Shown piece after piece: positions 63,460 to 64,000 of a stretch of 64,000 bases of DNA. Below the pieces are notes generated by a model that ran no database searches, was not told the DNA's origin, and saw only the letters and a list, made by a program, of their open reading frames with translations. Source of the stretch: Tubiluchus corallicola (Eukaryota > Animalia > Priapulida). A program made the translations under genes and the position numbers. The stretch is taken from NCBI GenBank assembly GCA_030141605.1, contig JAQGDQ010000710.1, forward strand, positions 1-64,000, read 5' to 3'. Within the stretch, counting starts at the first letter, position 1. Each line of letters begins with the position of its first letter.

Positions 63460-64000
63460 CTAGACATCTTGGCGCATGCATGACAACGATGCAGCATGTT
63501 CATACAACTTTTCTTCGTTTTCAAATAGAGAGCCACACAGCATGCACTCGTAGTCTTGTGAAATGCTATTGCTAGTCGAAGTCTGCTCACGTTCCTGGCT
63601 ATTCATCAGTGCACTTGAAAAAATGACATTCTGTTCTATGGAAGCTTGAGGAAGGGTGCTGGGTTGCATCACTTTTGAAGAAGATGCACCAACACTGTAC
63701 ATACACTTGCCACTGCCATGCACCTGTTGCGTCGGTACTGACGAACTACTGCAACTCTCAACTGGCACTGATTGAGGAAGTGTTTGAATACATTGTGGTC
63801 CAGGAGTTTGATAATTTTGCGGTGCATGCGTCCGAATACCTTGTAGAGGAAAAGCAGAATCACCTTGAGAATGTTGACTTACCATGTTGCTGTTTTGCAT
63901 TAAATGATACTGATTTGAAGCTACAATGTTAGTAACCGGTCGCTGATCGCTGTTAGAAAATATACAGGGAGCAGCTGCTTGTTCACGCTTAACAGGAGTA
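63460..64000 (-). CDS. 3' terminal exon of an S/Q-rich protein with a C-terminal C-x2-C-x12-H-x5-C zinc finger (5' partial)
   Basis: The frame is open from the window edge (TPVKREQAAAP...) through a low-complexity S/Q/P region to YECMLCGSLFENEEKLYEHAASLSCMRQDV* (TAG at 63460-63462). The rest of the gene is outside the window. Confidence 0.75.
   Translation of the reverse strand, partial: TPVKREQAAAPCIFSNSDQRPVTNIVASNQYHLMQNSNMVSQHSQGDSAFPLQGIRTHAPQNYQTPGPQCIQTLPQSVPVESCSSSSVPTQQVHGSGKCMYSVGASSSKVMQPSTLPQASIEQNVIFSSALMNSQEREQTSTSNSISQDYECMLCGSLFENEEKLYEHAASLSCMRQDV

Overview
AT-rich, intron-rich eukaryotic (metazoan, probably invertebrate) genomic DNA. The supplied ORF track is mostly exon fragments, microsatellite artefacts and transposon debris. 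Manual splicing (GT-AG sites, consistent phases) supports six genes. On +: (1) the last five coding exons of a theta-class glutathione S-transferase (183-5563); (2, 3) two intact tandem 15-exon SLC13/DASS Na+-dependent di/tricarboxylate transporter paralogs (7147-23789, ~643 aa; 32445-49760, ~700 aa). On -: (4) a 4-exon C22orf15/CXorf65-like gene (54399-51168, ~143 aa); (5) a 4-exon secreted acidic Asp/Lys-rich protein I cannot assign to a family (60566-55706, ~216 aa); (6) the 3' end of an S/Q-rich protein ending in a CCHC-type zinc finger (>64000-63460). Introns and spacers hold hAT, Tc1/mariner and Harbinger-like MITEs, decayed LINE fragments, a probable solo LTR, tRNA-derived SINE-like heads and long microsatellites. 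Most worth a second look: a ~30-aa motif conserved in the otherwise divergent cytoplasmic loop of both SLC13 copies, the unassigned secreted protein, a ~1-kb foldback element filled with a graded, partly inverted pentanucleotide array, and possible GSTT-C22orf15 microsynteny with human 22q11.23. No CRISPR array, rRNA or prokaryotic-type system is present. Homology calls are from motif recognition, not database searches.
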